This document shows, one piece after another, positions 23,770 through 35,260 of a DNA stretch of 64,000 nt. The translations under genes and the position numbers were made by a program. The notes under the pieces are model-generated. The model did no database searches and had not been told where the DNA came from. It was given only the letters and a program-made list of their open reading frames with translations. The first letter of the stretch is position 1, and every line of letters starts with the position of its first letter. The DNA comes from Octopus bimaculoides (Eukaryota): positions 6,025,202 to 6,089,201 of the forward strand of contig NC_068996.1 of the NCBI RefSeq assembly GCF_001194135.2, written 5' to 3'.

Positions 23770-24760
23770 TCAATTCTTATTCACCATAATCCTCCAGGTC
23801 ATAACAGAGGAATTCAAAACTGGATGCACATGAGAACTGCTATATGCTGATAACCTCACTCTTATTGCAGAACTGGAGAAGTTCTAGGTATGCAAGCAAA
23901 ACCTGGAATCAAAGGGCTTTAAAGTTAAGCAGGCAAAGACTAAAGTTGCTGTTAACAAGAAAGCAGATAAGACTCTCTTTTTGTCAGGTAAATGACCCTG
24001 CTCAATATGTAGGAAAATAGTGGGAAGTAACTCCATTCACTGCATCCAGTGTAAGTCATGGACACATAATTTACCTGTAATTCCACTGCATCTCTTAACA
24101 GATAAGGTTGCTTTCAATAAGCACTAAAAGCACGTGGGACTTAGACTCTCCCAAATTCCCAGAAGGCGCTCTTAAAGCAGTAGTTAGTTTTTGCTACTTA
24201 AGTGACCAAATTAGTAACGGTGATGGATACTCTGAAAGTATTATTTCTAGAATAGGCTGGAGGAAATTCAGAGAGTTACTACCTCTGTTTGCAACAAAAG
24301 GACTCTCTCTCAGAGTGAAAGGTAAATTGTATGATGCTGTTACACAAATGGCTATATTCCATGGTAGGGAGACATGGGTTCTGAATGCAGAGGACATGCG
24401 TGGACTGTAGAAGAATGAAAGTAGTATATTACATTGGATGTGCAACAACAGTGTGCATGAATGACCAAGTGCAACTGTGTTGAGAGAAAAGTTGGGCCTA
24501 AGAGGAATAAAATATGGTAAGCAGGAGAGGAGAATGCATTGGTTTGGACATGTGATACATAAGAGTAAAGACAGCTGTATACAGGAGTGCCTGTCACTGA
24601 AAGTGAATGGTACCTGTGGAAGAGGGAGACCCAGGAAGACCTGGGATGAAGTGGTGAGTATTAATCTCAGGATATTAGGGCTCACGGAAGAAATGACAAT
24701 GGACCAAGATGACTGGCAATATGAGGTTCTAAAGAAGGCCCACCCATGTCAGCAAAACTG
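23770..24760 (+). mobile_element. RTE-clade LINE 3' RT fragment
   Basis: WRKFRELLPL...LRVKGKLYDA...GRETWVLNAEDM; RMHWFGHV...CGRGRPRKTWDEVV. Confidence 0.85.
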
Positions 24761-27129
24761 AATGCTAGAAGCATCTCCTCTTCTAAACTGTATCTTTCTC
24801 TTCCTCACTTTTCCTCTTCATTATTATTGTCTCACACTCTCCTGCCCTGCTCACTGCTTTCCCCCACCCCATCTTTATACCCAAGTTTTCACAATCACTG
24901 CAAACCCCATCCCTACTCACGCCTTGGGAATACTTGGCCATGTATATTATGACCTCCGTACCTTGAGGCCATGACCTGGCAATTGCCACAATTCATCTCT
25001 CTCCTCCTTACTCTACCATCCCAATCTATGCTCTGATCTTTGAGAGACGATGGTGAAGTGCCAGGGTATATAATACCCTGGCACTTCATCATCGTCTCTC
25101 TCCTGCTCTCTCGCACTTTTGCTGTTTCCCCACTCTCTCTTTCCCTTATTCTTCTCTCTGGCTGAGTAACCATGTATCTCTCCTACAGCAACACATCTGT
25201 TTCTGCCCTCCTTCTTGATAACTCTCTCTCTCTCTCTCTCTCTCCGCTTCTCTTGATTTTCCCTCTGTGTAGGTAACCAAGTATTTCCTTTACATCAGCA
25301 CACCTGTTTCTGTCTCTCTGTCACACACTAACCTTTCATCATCTGACACAAGATGCCCTCCTCCAATGCTTCCTCCTCTCTCAAAGAATTTTTGTCTTGC
25401 AAAGTTACTTGGAGACCCTGCTGGTGCTGGTGCCACATAAAAAGCATCCAGTCCAAACTGTGAAGTGGTTGGCATTTGGAAGGGCATCCAGCTGTAAAAA
25501 CCATGCCAAAACTGACCTCACATAAAAAGCACTCAGCCCACTCTGTGAAGTGGTTGGTGTTAGGAAGGGCATCCAGCCATAAAAACCATACCAAAACAGA
25601 CAGTGAAGCTTGGTGCAGGCTCCTGCTTGGCCAGCTCCTGTTAAACTGTCCAAGCCATGCCAGCATGGAAGGCAGACTTTAAATGATGAATCTCAATCAT
25701 TCTAACATCTGGTAAGTATCTTTTCTCTTTTATTGGACGATGGCCATGCTGGGGCACTGCCTTGAAGGATTTAGTCAAACAAATCAACTCTTGTAAGCCT
25801 GGTACTTATTCTATGAGAACCTTTTGCCAAACCTCCAAGTTACAGGAATGTAAACAAACCAACACCAGTTGTCAAACAAGGGTGGAAGCAAACACAACAC
25901 ACAGATACATACACAGACATATACGTGTATAGACAACTGGAGCCTGGTGCAGTCCTCTGGCTTGCCAGCTCCAATCAAGCCATCCAATGCATACAAGCTT
26001 GAAGAACGGACATTAAAAGATAATAATGATGATGATGTACACATATGATGGGCTTCTTTCAATTTCCATCTACCAAATAAACTCATAAGGTTTTCGTTGG
26101 CCTGGTGCTATAGTAGAAGACATTTGTCCAAGGTGCCGCGCATTACATACTGAATCCAAGAGCACAAGGTTGGGAAGCAAGTTTCTTACCTACACACCCA
26201 CATCTACACCTAAAAGGCAAAGTTGGCCCTGGCTGTGTTTGAATTCAAACAGCAAATAGCAGGAATGGTAACTGCAAAGCAATCTTTCCGATGCTCTAAT
26301 ACCTCTGTCAACTGACTGCTACGGATACATGTAAGAATGTTTCACTAACGAGTTATTATAATTAAAACAGAAACACACCCAGAGTTATCAGTGTTTTTTA
26401 TCAAACATCAGACTCGTTCTTCATTAGTTGCCATATAGTTAATATTTAATGAATTTGTCTCTCAGGGTTTCCCTTCCCACAAAATTGACATTAATGCCAA
26501 AACAACTTTTTTTCTTTATGTGTGTAACTTCCATTAAGTTGAATTTTTTTTTCTTGGCCTACTACATAAGTATGTTAGCTTACACCCCCACACAAACCAG
26601 TATATATTGTTTTCAAGTTAATTTTTTTTTATACTTGCATAGAATAGGATTCATTGAAACAGGTTTTCTATGGCCAGATGCTCTTCCTGCAATCAACTCT
26701 CACCTATTTTCAAGCAAAATATTTTTCTGTGGTTGTGTATGCTTTCACAGGAGACTGAAAGTGAATGACATTGCTCACATAATGGTGTCCCTTGCTTGCA
26801 ACTCTCGGCCAAGGAGACAAAACACACACACACACATTGAAAGCAAATGAACAGAAAGAGTTACCACAACAGAGTTGAGAAAACAACAAACAGATGATAA
26901 TCGCACCAGGATGTATTGTGAATGATGCAGAAGAGATTAACCTTGGTAGACTTCAGAAATAATTAAAATGAATGAGCTTTAAATGTGAGATGAAGACATC
27001 AGTTGCATAGGTCTACCTACCATACAGCATCTGTACTATAGACTGGTTTAACAAATAAACAGAAAAACAATAATGATGATAGTAATCAATAATAAATCTC
27101 TGAGCCAGGTATAAACAGTAGCTGCACGA

Positions 27130-27372
27130 CATCGTGAAGTACATTTGCCACTTAAATGTGGCTAACCCTTAAGAGTTGATGCTACTGTAGCTTGTAGCCC
27201 CAGGAAGACACCTCCTCCAGCTGGCTATTGACACACTTTCTGCAAATACTGATAGGGCACAGATAGTGTGTCAATAGCCAGCTGGAGGAGGTGTCTTCCT
27301 GGGGCTACAAGCTACAGTAGCATCAACTCTTAAGGGTTAGCCACATTTAAGTGGCAAATATACTTCACGATG
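27130..27372. repeat. 108-bp near-perfect inverted repeat (palindromic MITE-like)
   Basis: Arms 27130-27237 and 27265-27372, one mismatch seen, 27-nt spacer. Confidence 0.92.
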
Positions 27373-27417
27373 GTAGTAATGTTGCAATATCTGAATTTGC
27401 AATTATAACATAAATAC

Positions 27418-27510
27418 CTTTTTAATTAGCCAATCCATATCATCAAGTGCTCTGGACATTATTTGACTTATTCGGCTAGGATCAGTTTCATCTGCATGGC
27501 TGTTGAATCC
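27418..27510 (-). CDS. LYRM9: LYR motif-containing protein 9, coding exon 2
   Basis: Acceptor ttttccatctatgcag|, donor AAG|gtattt, 93 nt, phase 0-0. It translates GFNSHADETDPSRISQIMSRALDDMDWLIKK, matching LYRM9 [31 protein letters not shown]. Confidence 0.92.
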
Positions 27511-27620
27511 CTGCATAGATGGAAAAGAATCAGAATCGACATGCTAATATTTTCAAATCACCTGTGTAAGAAAAAAATTTAACATTACATCAACAATGTT
27601 TCCTTTATAGTTTCTACACA

Positions 27621-28008
27621 GTGGAGACGCAATGGCCCAGTGGTTAGGGCAGCGGACTCGTGGTCATAGGATCGTGGTTTCGATTCCCAGACCGGGCATT
27701 GTGAATGTTTATTGAGCGAAAACACCTAAAGCTCCACGAGGTTCCGGCAGGGGATGGTGGCGAACCCTGCTGTACTCTTCCACCACAACTTTCTCTCACT
27801 CTTACTTCCTGTTTCTGTTGTGCCTGTAATTCAAAGGGTCAGCCTTGTCACACTGTGTCACACTGAATATCCCTGAGAACTACGTTAAGGGTACACTTGT
27901 CTGTGGAGTGCTCAGCCACTTGCACGTTAATTTCATGAGCAGGCTGTTCCGTTGATAGGATCAACTGGAACCCTCGATGTCGTAAGCGACGGAGTGCCGA
28001 CAAAAAAA
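27621..28008 (+). mobile_element. Full-length tRNA-derived SINE (family C) with 12-bp TSD, in LYRM9 intron 1
   Basis: TSD agtttctacaca at 27609-27620 and 28009-28020; head tggcccagtggttagg...ggtttcgattccc; A-rich tail. Confidence 0.85.
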
Positions 28009-28589
28009 AGTTTCTACACATTAAACTAAATAGTGCAAAACTTAATATAAGTCCATAGGGTTAAGGTGTTTGCTTCCCAACCATGTTCAGTCCCACTGCA
28101 TGGCACCTTGTGCAAGAGTCTTCTACTATAGCCCCAGGTTGATCAAATCCTTGTAAGAGGATCTGGTAGATGGAAACTGAAAAGAACATCTTGTGTGTGT
28201 GTCCTCATCTTGACATCACATGATAGATGTGGGTGTCACTGTCATTTGTTTCCAGTCTTTTATGAAACCTTGTCCAGTCATGGGGAAATATTACCTTGCC
28301 TGGAAACAAGTGGTTTTGCAACAGGAAAAGCATCAAGCCATAGAAAATCTGTCTCAAGCAAGCATGGAAAAGTGAACATTAGAAAAAAAAAATAATAATG
28401 AAATTATTCAAATACAAATGAGTTACAGAAGCTTTCCATCATTTGCTTACTGCTCATTCTATTAGTCATACTTCATATATATTATGTGTTTATATTCCAA
28501 AGAGGTCAGCCAGTTATTAGGTCGTTCAGAAAATAATGACCAATTTTTTAAATAAACCTATATTCTTGAAAAACTGAACTATACAAAGG

Positions 28590-28930
28590 TTTAATTACTG
28601 AAAATATGATCTCTGAGCAGCTATGCCTTTCTTCCATCAATTAACAAGTTCATTTATGCCTCTTCAATAAAAATCCAAAGATTATGATGCCAAGAAATCC
28701 TTGAATTCAGTTTCAACCGCAGTTTTGGAACGGAAGGATTTTTGCCTTAAATAAGTGTCTAGATACTTGTTAAAGTGGTGGCTGGTGGATGAAAGATCAG
28801 GAGAATATGGAAGATGTGGCAAGGACTTGTGTGAGCTTCTGCAATGTCATCCTGGAAATGTGAAGTCAAGTGTTGTCATGGAGTAGAATTGGACCACATC
28901 AATTAACAAGTAGTACAGGTCTCATTGTGC
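28590..28930 (-). mobile_element. mariner transposase C-terminal remnant
   Basis: RPVLLVN*CGPILLHDN...HLPYSPDLSSTSHHFNKYLDTYLRQKSF matches the mariner DD34D region. Confidence 0.75.
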
Positions 28931-29490
28931 TTGAGTGAACATTCATTCCTTCCAGTTGCTTACAGTCATCAAGCATAGAAGACATTTTTTCTTGTATAGC
29001 CTGAACAGTTTCAGGGGGTGGTACTAACTTAGTTTCCTCACCACTTTTCTCGATTAAACTTCTGAACTGGAAGAGCTTGTTCATGGCTACTTCCAGTTCA
29101 ACGAAATTTCCACCCACGGCGGCCGAAAAACTTTGTTTTTTCCTGGGTATCCTTGAATTTTTCATTGTTTTTACCTTCTCCCATCTCAGGAAAACCTTGG
29201 TTCGACGTGAGGTCAAAATCCATGTTAGACACTTGTCACAAATGACAAATGACAAGAAAAAATTTTTTCAAAAATCACCCGTAAATGTTAATAATAACAG
29301 TTCACAAAAAAAAACAGTATTCAGAAACTTTCAGCCCCGTAGGGTGAAAATTACTGTTTGTCAAACGACAACAGTTCAAATATACGTAACATATCACACA
29401 ATAACAAAAAAAACACAGACTGAAACAAACACACATAATGTTGGGTAGCAAATGAAAAAATTGACGTGTAACAGAGGAGAAATTGTTTGG

Positions 29491-29505
29491 CTAGAGGTGG
29501 CGCTG
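29491..29505. promoter_or_regulatory. CTCF-like motif
   Basis: The minus strand reads CAGCGCCACCTCTAG, against the consensus AGCGCCACCTAGTGG. Confidence 0.35.
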
Positions 29506-30199
29506 CCAAATTCCCGTTTTAAATATATAGTTTTCAAAGTGACAACTAGTCATTGATCTATAAATTAGAAAATTACTATTTTTAAATCTCACAACAAGAG
29601 ATATTCAGCAACAGTACTTTGTAGTAAAGATTGTTTGCCAACATAACATGACAGTCCTGGTTTAGGACAAATGTAGCTGTAATTTAGCCCCAGGAGAATC
29701 GTCTCCAGCTGGCTATGACACCATCTATGTCCTTATATTTTCGAAACAAGGGAATCTAGCACCCCCACTCAGCTCTAGTCACTGATTTATAAATTAGAAA
29801 ATAGTGATTTTCTAATATATCATTAATTTAAAACAATGTGAATAAATAAGCATTACATTTGATGGAGTAATCTGAATACTAAAGAGTTAATAACTTTAGC
29901 CCACTGAAGCGGTTCTGATAACTTTTGTTTTCTTTCTCAAAGAATCTAGGGTGATAATTGTTATTTTTTAGACCTAGTTACAGATGAGGACAAATATCTG
30001 TCAAATGTAAATAATGTACATAATTCCTTATCTCTTAAATATAGAATTGTACAGTTAATGGAGACATTCAAATCCCTGCACAGTCATGAACCAATACTCT
30101 GGTTACTGTTCATAGATGGTGTCCTTTTTGTCTGGGAAGTGTTACAGAACAGTTTAGTTTTACTTCTTGCAGTTCAGTAACTGTTACACAAGAAAGCTG

Positions 30200-30400
30200 T
30201 GGCTTTAAGTCCAATATAAAATTCACATCTAGTTTTCCAAAATCTAGTGTTGTGTTTTTGGACACAAAAGTTAAGTTTTCAGAAGACAGAATAGTGACAG
30301 AGTTATTTTGAAAGACCACATCACCCAACATTTACCTCCACCACCATTCTGATCATCCACATCATACAATTCAAAATCCCAATTTTTGAAGATAAAATGG
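30200..30400 (+). mobile_element. Penelope-like element RT/thumb fragment
   Basis: SVVFLDTKVKFSEDRIVTELF*KTTSPNIYLHHHSDHPHH matches the PLE motif FLD......T..Y.K.T....YL...S.HP. Confidence 0.65.
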
Positions 30401-30689
30401 ATTTAAAAGACATAGGCGATTATTGGAAACATGCAAATGCTTTTGTATGCCATTATGTCAAATGTGGTTACAGTGAATCATGATTAAAAGAAATCACAAA
30501 TGACATAGCTGAAATCAGGAAGGAAAGTCAAAGTTTCACACAATTTTAGAAACCAAAATAAAATTTGTGATCAAATTCTTTTAGTGACTAAGTGGTAATA
30601 AAATTTTGCGGGCATTTCAAAAGTTTTGCATGAGAATTACCAGCATCTTTCAGAAAAATATCTTTGTTTCAAACAAATATTCTCTTAAT

Positions 30690-30844
30690 AGTTCTATATT
30701 TAAGAGATGAGGAATTATGTACACTATTTACATTATTTACAATTGACAGATATTTGTCCTCAAATATGCCCATGGGCATATGGCGTAGTGGTTAAGAGCG
30801 CAGGCTACTAACCCCAAGATTCCGAGTTCGATTCCAGGTAGTGA

Positions 30845-30886
<42 letters not shown>

Positions 30887-30975
30887 CAACATCCAAAAAT
30901 ACCTTAGGAATGAGAACCTAGGTTCGAAATTTCCCCAAGATGAGGACAAATATCCGTCAAATGTAAATAATGTAA
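30690..30975. mobile_element. Composite repeat: tRNA-like head plus (AAT)n between 34-bp inverted arms
   Basis: Arms 30729-30762 and 30941-30974 (2 mismatches); A-box TGGCGTAGTGG and B-box GAGTTCGATTCC inside. A further arm copy lies at about 29985-30050. Confidence 0.6.
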
Positions 30976-31736
30976 ATATTCCCTTATCTGCTTATTGTAG
31001 ACTTTAGATACAATAAAAATATAATAAAACTATTAACCACTACCTCTAAGCCGAAGAAAATTGGAGTTTCTGAAGGATGCATCTAGAAAAACTGCCGCAA
31101 GGGAAGTAAGCCCTGTTCATTGTCCAGCAACAAACCACAACAGAAATGTTAAGATTTATAAAGAAGGTGGGACATATAAAGATTCAAATTTGGTGTACGC
31201 AGCAAAAAGCACCACTTGATTTATGTTGGTTGCACAACAGAACAATTAAATAAAAGGTTCAATAGGTGTGGGGGCATGACATTAAGCATAATAGCAGCAG
31301 TTCAACGGAACTTGCCAGACATTTTACATCTAATACATGTAATTTTGAGGAACATTTGAAAGTGCACATTCTCAGAAAACACTCAATTCGATCATCTGTA
31401 AGGATTTGTAGGGTGATAGGGGGTGAGAAAATTCTAATCAAAACAATTTCTTCTTTTTTTTTTGCGTAACCGTACAAGGCCTAGTGTGTAGAAAAGATTG
31501 TTTGCCAACATAACATGGTAGTCCTGGTTTAGGACGAATGTTGCTGCAATTTAGCCCCAGGAGACATCGTCTCTAACTGGCTATACAACATGATTTGTGC
31601 CCTTATATTAAAAAAATTTTTTTTTCAAACATGTTATGTTGGCAAACAATCTTTACTACAAAGTACTGTTACTGAATATCTCACGTGAGATTTACAAATA
31701 GTAATTTTCTAAGGCCCAGTGTGTTGAACACAAAAA

Positions 31737-32195
31737 TGAGGTGGTATCAAGAAGTTCTCAGACTAGTTCTGTAGCATACCAACAGATGGCAGCACATAGT
31801 TGCATCCACAGTGAATTCTTCATGACGACAATGCATCCTGTCACCAAGCCCTCCTCACTCATGAGTTTCTCACCAAAAACAAAATGGTATTGCTTCTGCA
31901 CATGTCCTATTCACCAGATTTAGCACCTTCAAACTTCCATCTCTTCTCCAAGATGAAAATACAGCTCAAAGGTCAGTTTTAACATTGTTGTCAAGATCAA
32001 GAGCGAATCACAGAAGGTCCTCAACTTGCTTATGGGAAAGGACTTCCAGGCTGGATTCCAGAAGTGGTAGGAATGCTGGGACCAGTGTATTGCTGTGCAA
32101 GGTAACTATTTCAAAGGAGATGATGGTAAAACGTAAGTAAATAAGTTATCTTTTATTAAACGTAACTTGTCCGGGAACCTTTTGATACCATCTCA
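31737..32195 (+). mobile_element. Internally deleted mariner with both TIRs
   Basis: TIRs tgaggtggtatcaagaagttctcagac / gtccgggaaccttttgataccatctca; internal HDNASCH...YSPDLAPSNFHLF. Confidence 0.8.
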
Positions 32196-32465
32196 TATGC
32201 AGGACTTTTTTGAAAATAACTGTAACTTATGACTGACTATATAGTGTGCTTCAATTCAGAATAGATAATAGATTGTGTATATTCTTTTACTCTTTTACAT
32301 GCTTCAGTCATGTGACTGTGACCATGCTGGAGCACCGCCTTTAGTCGAGCAAATTGACCCCAGGACTTATTCTATCAGTCTCTTTTGTCGAGAGGACGTA
32401 AGCACACCAGCATCAGTTGTCAAGCGATATTGTGGGGACAAACACAGACACACAAACATATACAT

Positions 32466-32500
<35 letters not shown>

Positions 32501-32533
32501 CGATGGGCTCCTTTCANNNNNNNNNNTATACAT

Positions 32534-32568
<35 letters not shown>

Positions 32569-33694
32569 CGATGGGCTCCTTTCAGTTTCCATCTACCAAA
32601 TCCACTCACAAGGCTTTCGTTAGTCCAAGGCTATAGTAGAAGACACTTGCCCAATGTGCCACGCAGTGGGACTGAACCCAGAACCATGTGGTTGGTAAGC
32701 AAGCTACTTACCACACAGCTACTCCTACGCCTATATGCACAATTTTTTTTTTTTTTTACATATTTTGAATTTCGATTTCAAAAATTATTTTGAAATTATA
32801 AGCAGNNNNNNNNNNNNNNNNNNNNNNNNNNNNNTTAAAACTGTGATTTTTAAAAAAATCGAAAAACAGTGAAAATTTTAGGATTTATGGGAGGAGGATA
32901 AAAAGGGAATTGGAATTTTATTTTAAATTTGTTTTTGCATAATCGTATGAATTTCAATATGTAGAACACAAATTCGCAAAAATTTTGTAAAAATTCCCCA
33001 CCACCACCAGAAAAAAAAAGTGATAAGGGGCTTTTATGGTATGGCAGAATTCCGCCAATAATAATAATTTTTTCTACTATAGGTACAAGGCCTGAAACGT
33101 TAGGGGATGGGGACTAGTGATTTCATCGATCCAAGTGCATCACTGGTACTTATTTCATCGACCCCGAAAGGATGAAAGACAAGGTCGACCTCGGCGGAAT
33201 TTGAACTCAGAACTTGAGAACGAACGAAATGCTGCTAAGCCTTTTGCCCGGCGTGCTAACGATTCTGCCAGCTCGCCGCCTTAATGATAAAGCTTTCTTT
33301 ATCTACCACTTACTAGGTCATAAAAAAAAACATCGGAAACGATCCAGAACAATACAATAAAGAGTTATATAAATAGATGCGTGCAAATAGTAAAAGCGAT
33401 AATATAAATTCTAACTGGAAAATTCCCCAAAAGAAGGAGACTCCCAAGAGTTGCTCATAGAAATCCCACAAAACCACATAGGCACAAAATCTGAAATTTT
33501 GGGAAAGGGGTGTAGTCGATTACATTGACTTCAGTACTCAATTAGTAATTAGATCATCGATCCTGAAAGGATGAGGGTCGACCTCGGCGACATTTGAACT
33601 CAGAACGTAAATAATCGACTGTAAACATCGTTTATAGTTGATTATTTAATTAGAGATGTGTGTTCAAAGAACATAACATACCTCAACCACATAC

Positions 33695-33817
33695 CTGTCT
33701 TACATGATGTTTATAATGTGATTGACTTTCTTTGGGAAGTTTCTTAATGTCCCTTAGAAGTTTCCGATATAAATGAGCCGGTTTCTGGATGAGGAAAGGT
33801 GTTTTGCTTGACAGCAT
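33695..33817 (-). CDS. LYRM9: LYR motif-containing protein 9, coding exon 1
   Basis: Hand translation MLSSKTPFLIQKPAHLYRKLLRDIKKLPKESQSHYKHHVRQ contains the LYR motif (LYRKLLR) and resembles the human LYRM9 N-terminus (LYRYLLR...HYKHAVRQ). It ends at a phase-0 donor CAG|gtatgt. Confidence 0.9.
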
Positions 33818-33996
33818 GGCTAACTTCATTAATAATTAAACAAAGACTAACTGAAACATCAGAGAGAACGTAAAGTTAACCTCTTTGAGTCGTCGTCGTC
33901 AAATGATAGTTCATCTTTTGACTTTTGATGGTATGTTGTTCCAATGTGTGCAAACGTTATCAACCACAAACCTATGTTCTTTAGCAACATATATCA

Positions 33997-34020
33997 ACTT
34001 CCGGTTTGTTTACTTCCGGT
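33997..34020. promoter_or_regulatory. Tandem ETS sites (ACCGGAAGT x2 on minus strand), likely LYRM9 promoter
   Basis: ACTTCCGGT at 33997-34005 and 34012-34020, about 190 bp upstream of the LYRM9 ATG. Confidence 0.55.
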
Positions 34021-34425
34021 ATAGATATTTATATTTTAACATTGACACAAGGTCACAAATTTGGGTTTGGTTGATGATAGGGTATTTAGCCTTACCCTTT
34101 CTCGTCTTTTACATTCATATTCAGAATGCTTTATAGGAAAACTTAACCTTAACTGCTACTTTAGTTTATCGAACCCTGAAAAATGAAATATACGCAGAAA
34201 CGCATATACGACGAGATTGCTACTACGGGTATACCTACACTAGTGTGCCTCCTTCAACTCCTGGTTTTATTTCCTCATAACTCTCAGAAAAATTTATATT
34301 TTTGTCAAATACTTTCCAGATGGTGTAGATTACGATCATATTGGAATTCAATAAGAAAAGAAAAACTGGTGTGTGCACGCGCGCACACGTATACATACAT
34401 ACATACATACATACATACATACATG

Positions 34426-34457
<32 letters not shown>

Positions 34458-34459
34458 TA

Positions 34460-35260
34460 CAGTGGTACCTTGACTTACGAGTTTAATTCGTTCCGTGACG
34501 GAGCTCGTAACTCAAATTACTCGCAGGATAGGGGTGGTGTTGGGTGGGAGGTAGGGAACCTTTATAAACTTGAACCCTTCAAAGATGTCATCTTCGAGGT
34601 TAGGTAGGTAAGCAGGTGCATCCAGGACAAGAAGGGCTTGCAGAGGTTGGTTATTTTCCTGGAGATATTTCTTAATATCAGGACCAAAGACCAAATTCAC
34701 TCACTCCACAAAGAACTGCTAGGTGACCCATGCCCTTGTATTTACCCTCCACATAACCTGCATTTTTTTTTTTCAGAATCTTATGTGACTTAAAGGCTCT
34801 GGGGTTTTCTGAACGATAAACAAGCGACGGCTTAATCTTGAAGTCGCCGCTCGCATTGGCGCACAGTGCGGAGGTTAACCTATCTTTCATGGGTTTGTTG
34901 ACTGGCATCCGCTTCTTCTCTGCTGCTTTATAAGTCCTATTTGGACTGTCTCGTCACAGTTGAAGACTTGCTGAGGGATGTATCTTTCGGCTGCTACAAT
35001 TCCGACAAAAGTTTTGAGGTAATCTTCAACTGCCTTCATATTTGCTCTCGCTGCCTCACCATGCCCAACAAGATAGTGAATGCTGGTCCTCTTTTTAAAA
35101 TTCTCGAACTAGACCCAACTAGCTTAAAACGGCTCGCCCGATACCTCGTCCGTACAAGAGCATGGCGTCTGCTGCAGCAAATCAGCGTAAGTAGCTCGTG
35201 CCTTCTTGCAGATTAAGCCGGTTGCATGTGCTGTAAACAGGAACAAAACTCCCGAACATT
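34460..35260 (-). mobile_element. Tigger/pogo-family transposon remnant
   Basis: KPMKDRLTSALCANASGDFKIKP.LVYRSENPRAFK and LLVLDAPAY; terminus TA|CAGTGGTACCTTGACTTACGAG at 34460. Confidence 0.85.

Noticed and set aside
26979-27035. Alternative LYRM9 last exon (YRCCMVGRPMQLMSSSHI*)
   Set aside because: An upstream AG (ccag) would be chosen first, and the peptide has no resemblance to LYRM9 ends.
30772-30845. Possible tRNA gene
   Set aside because: A and B boxes are present, but the acceptor stem does not pair and it runs into an (AAT)n tail; it is a SINE-type head.
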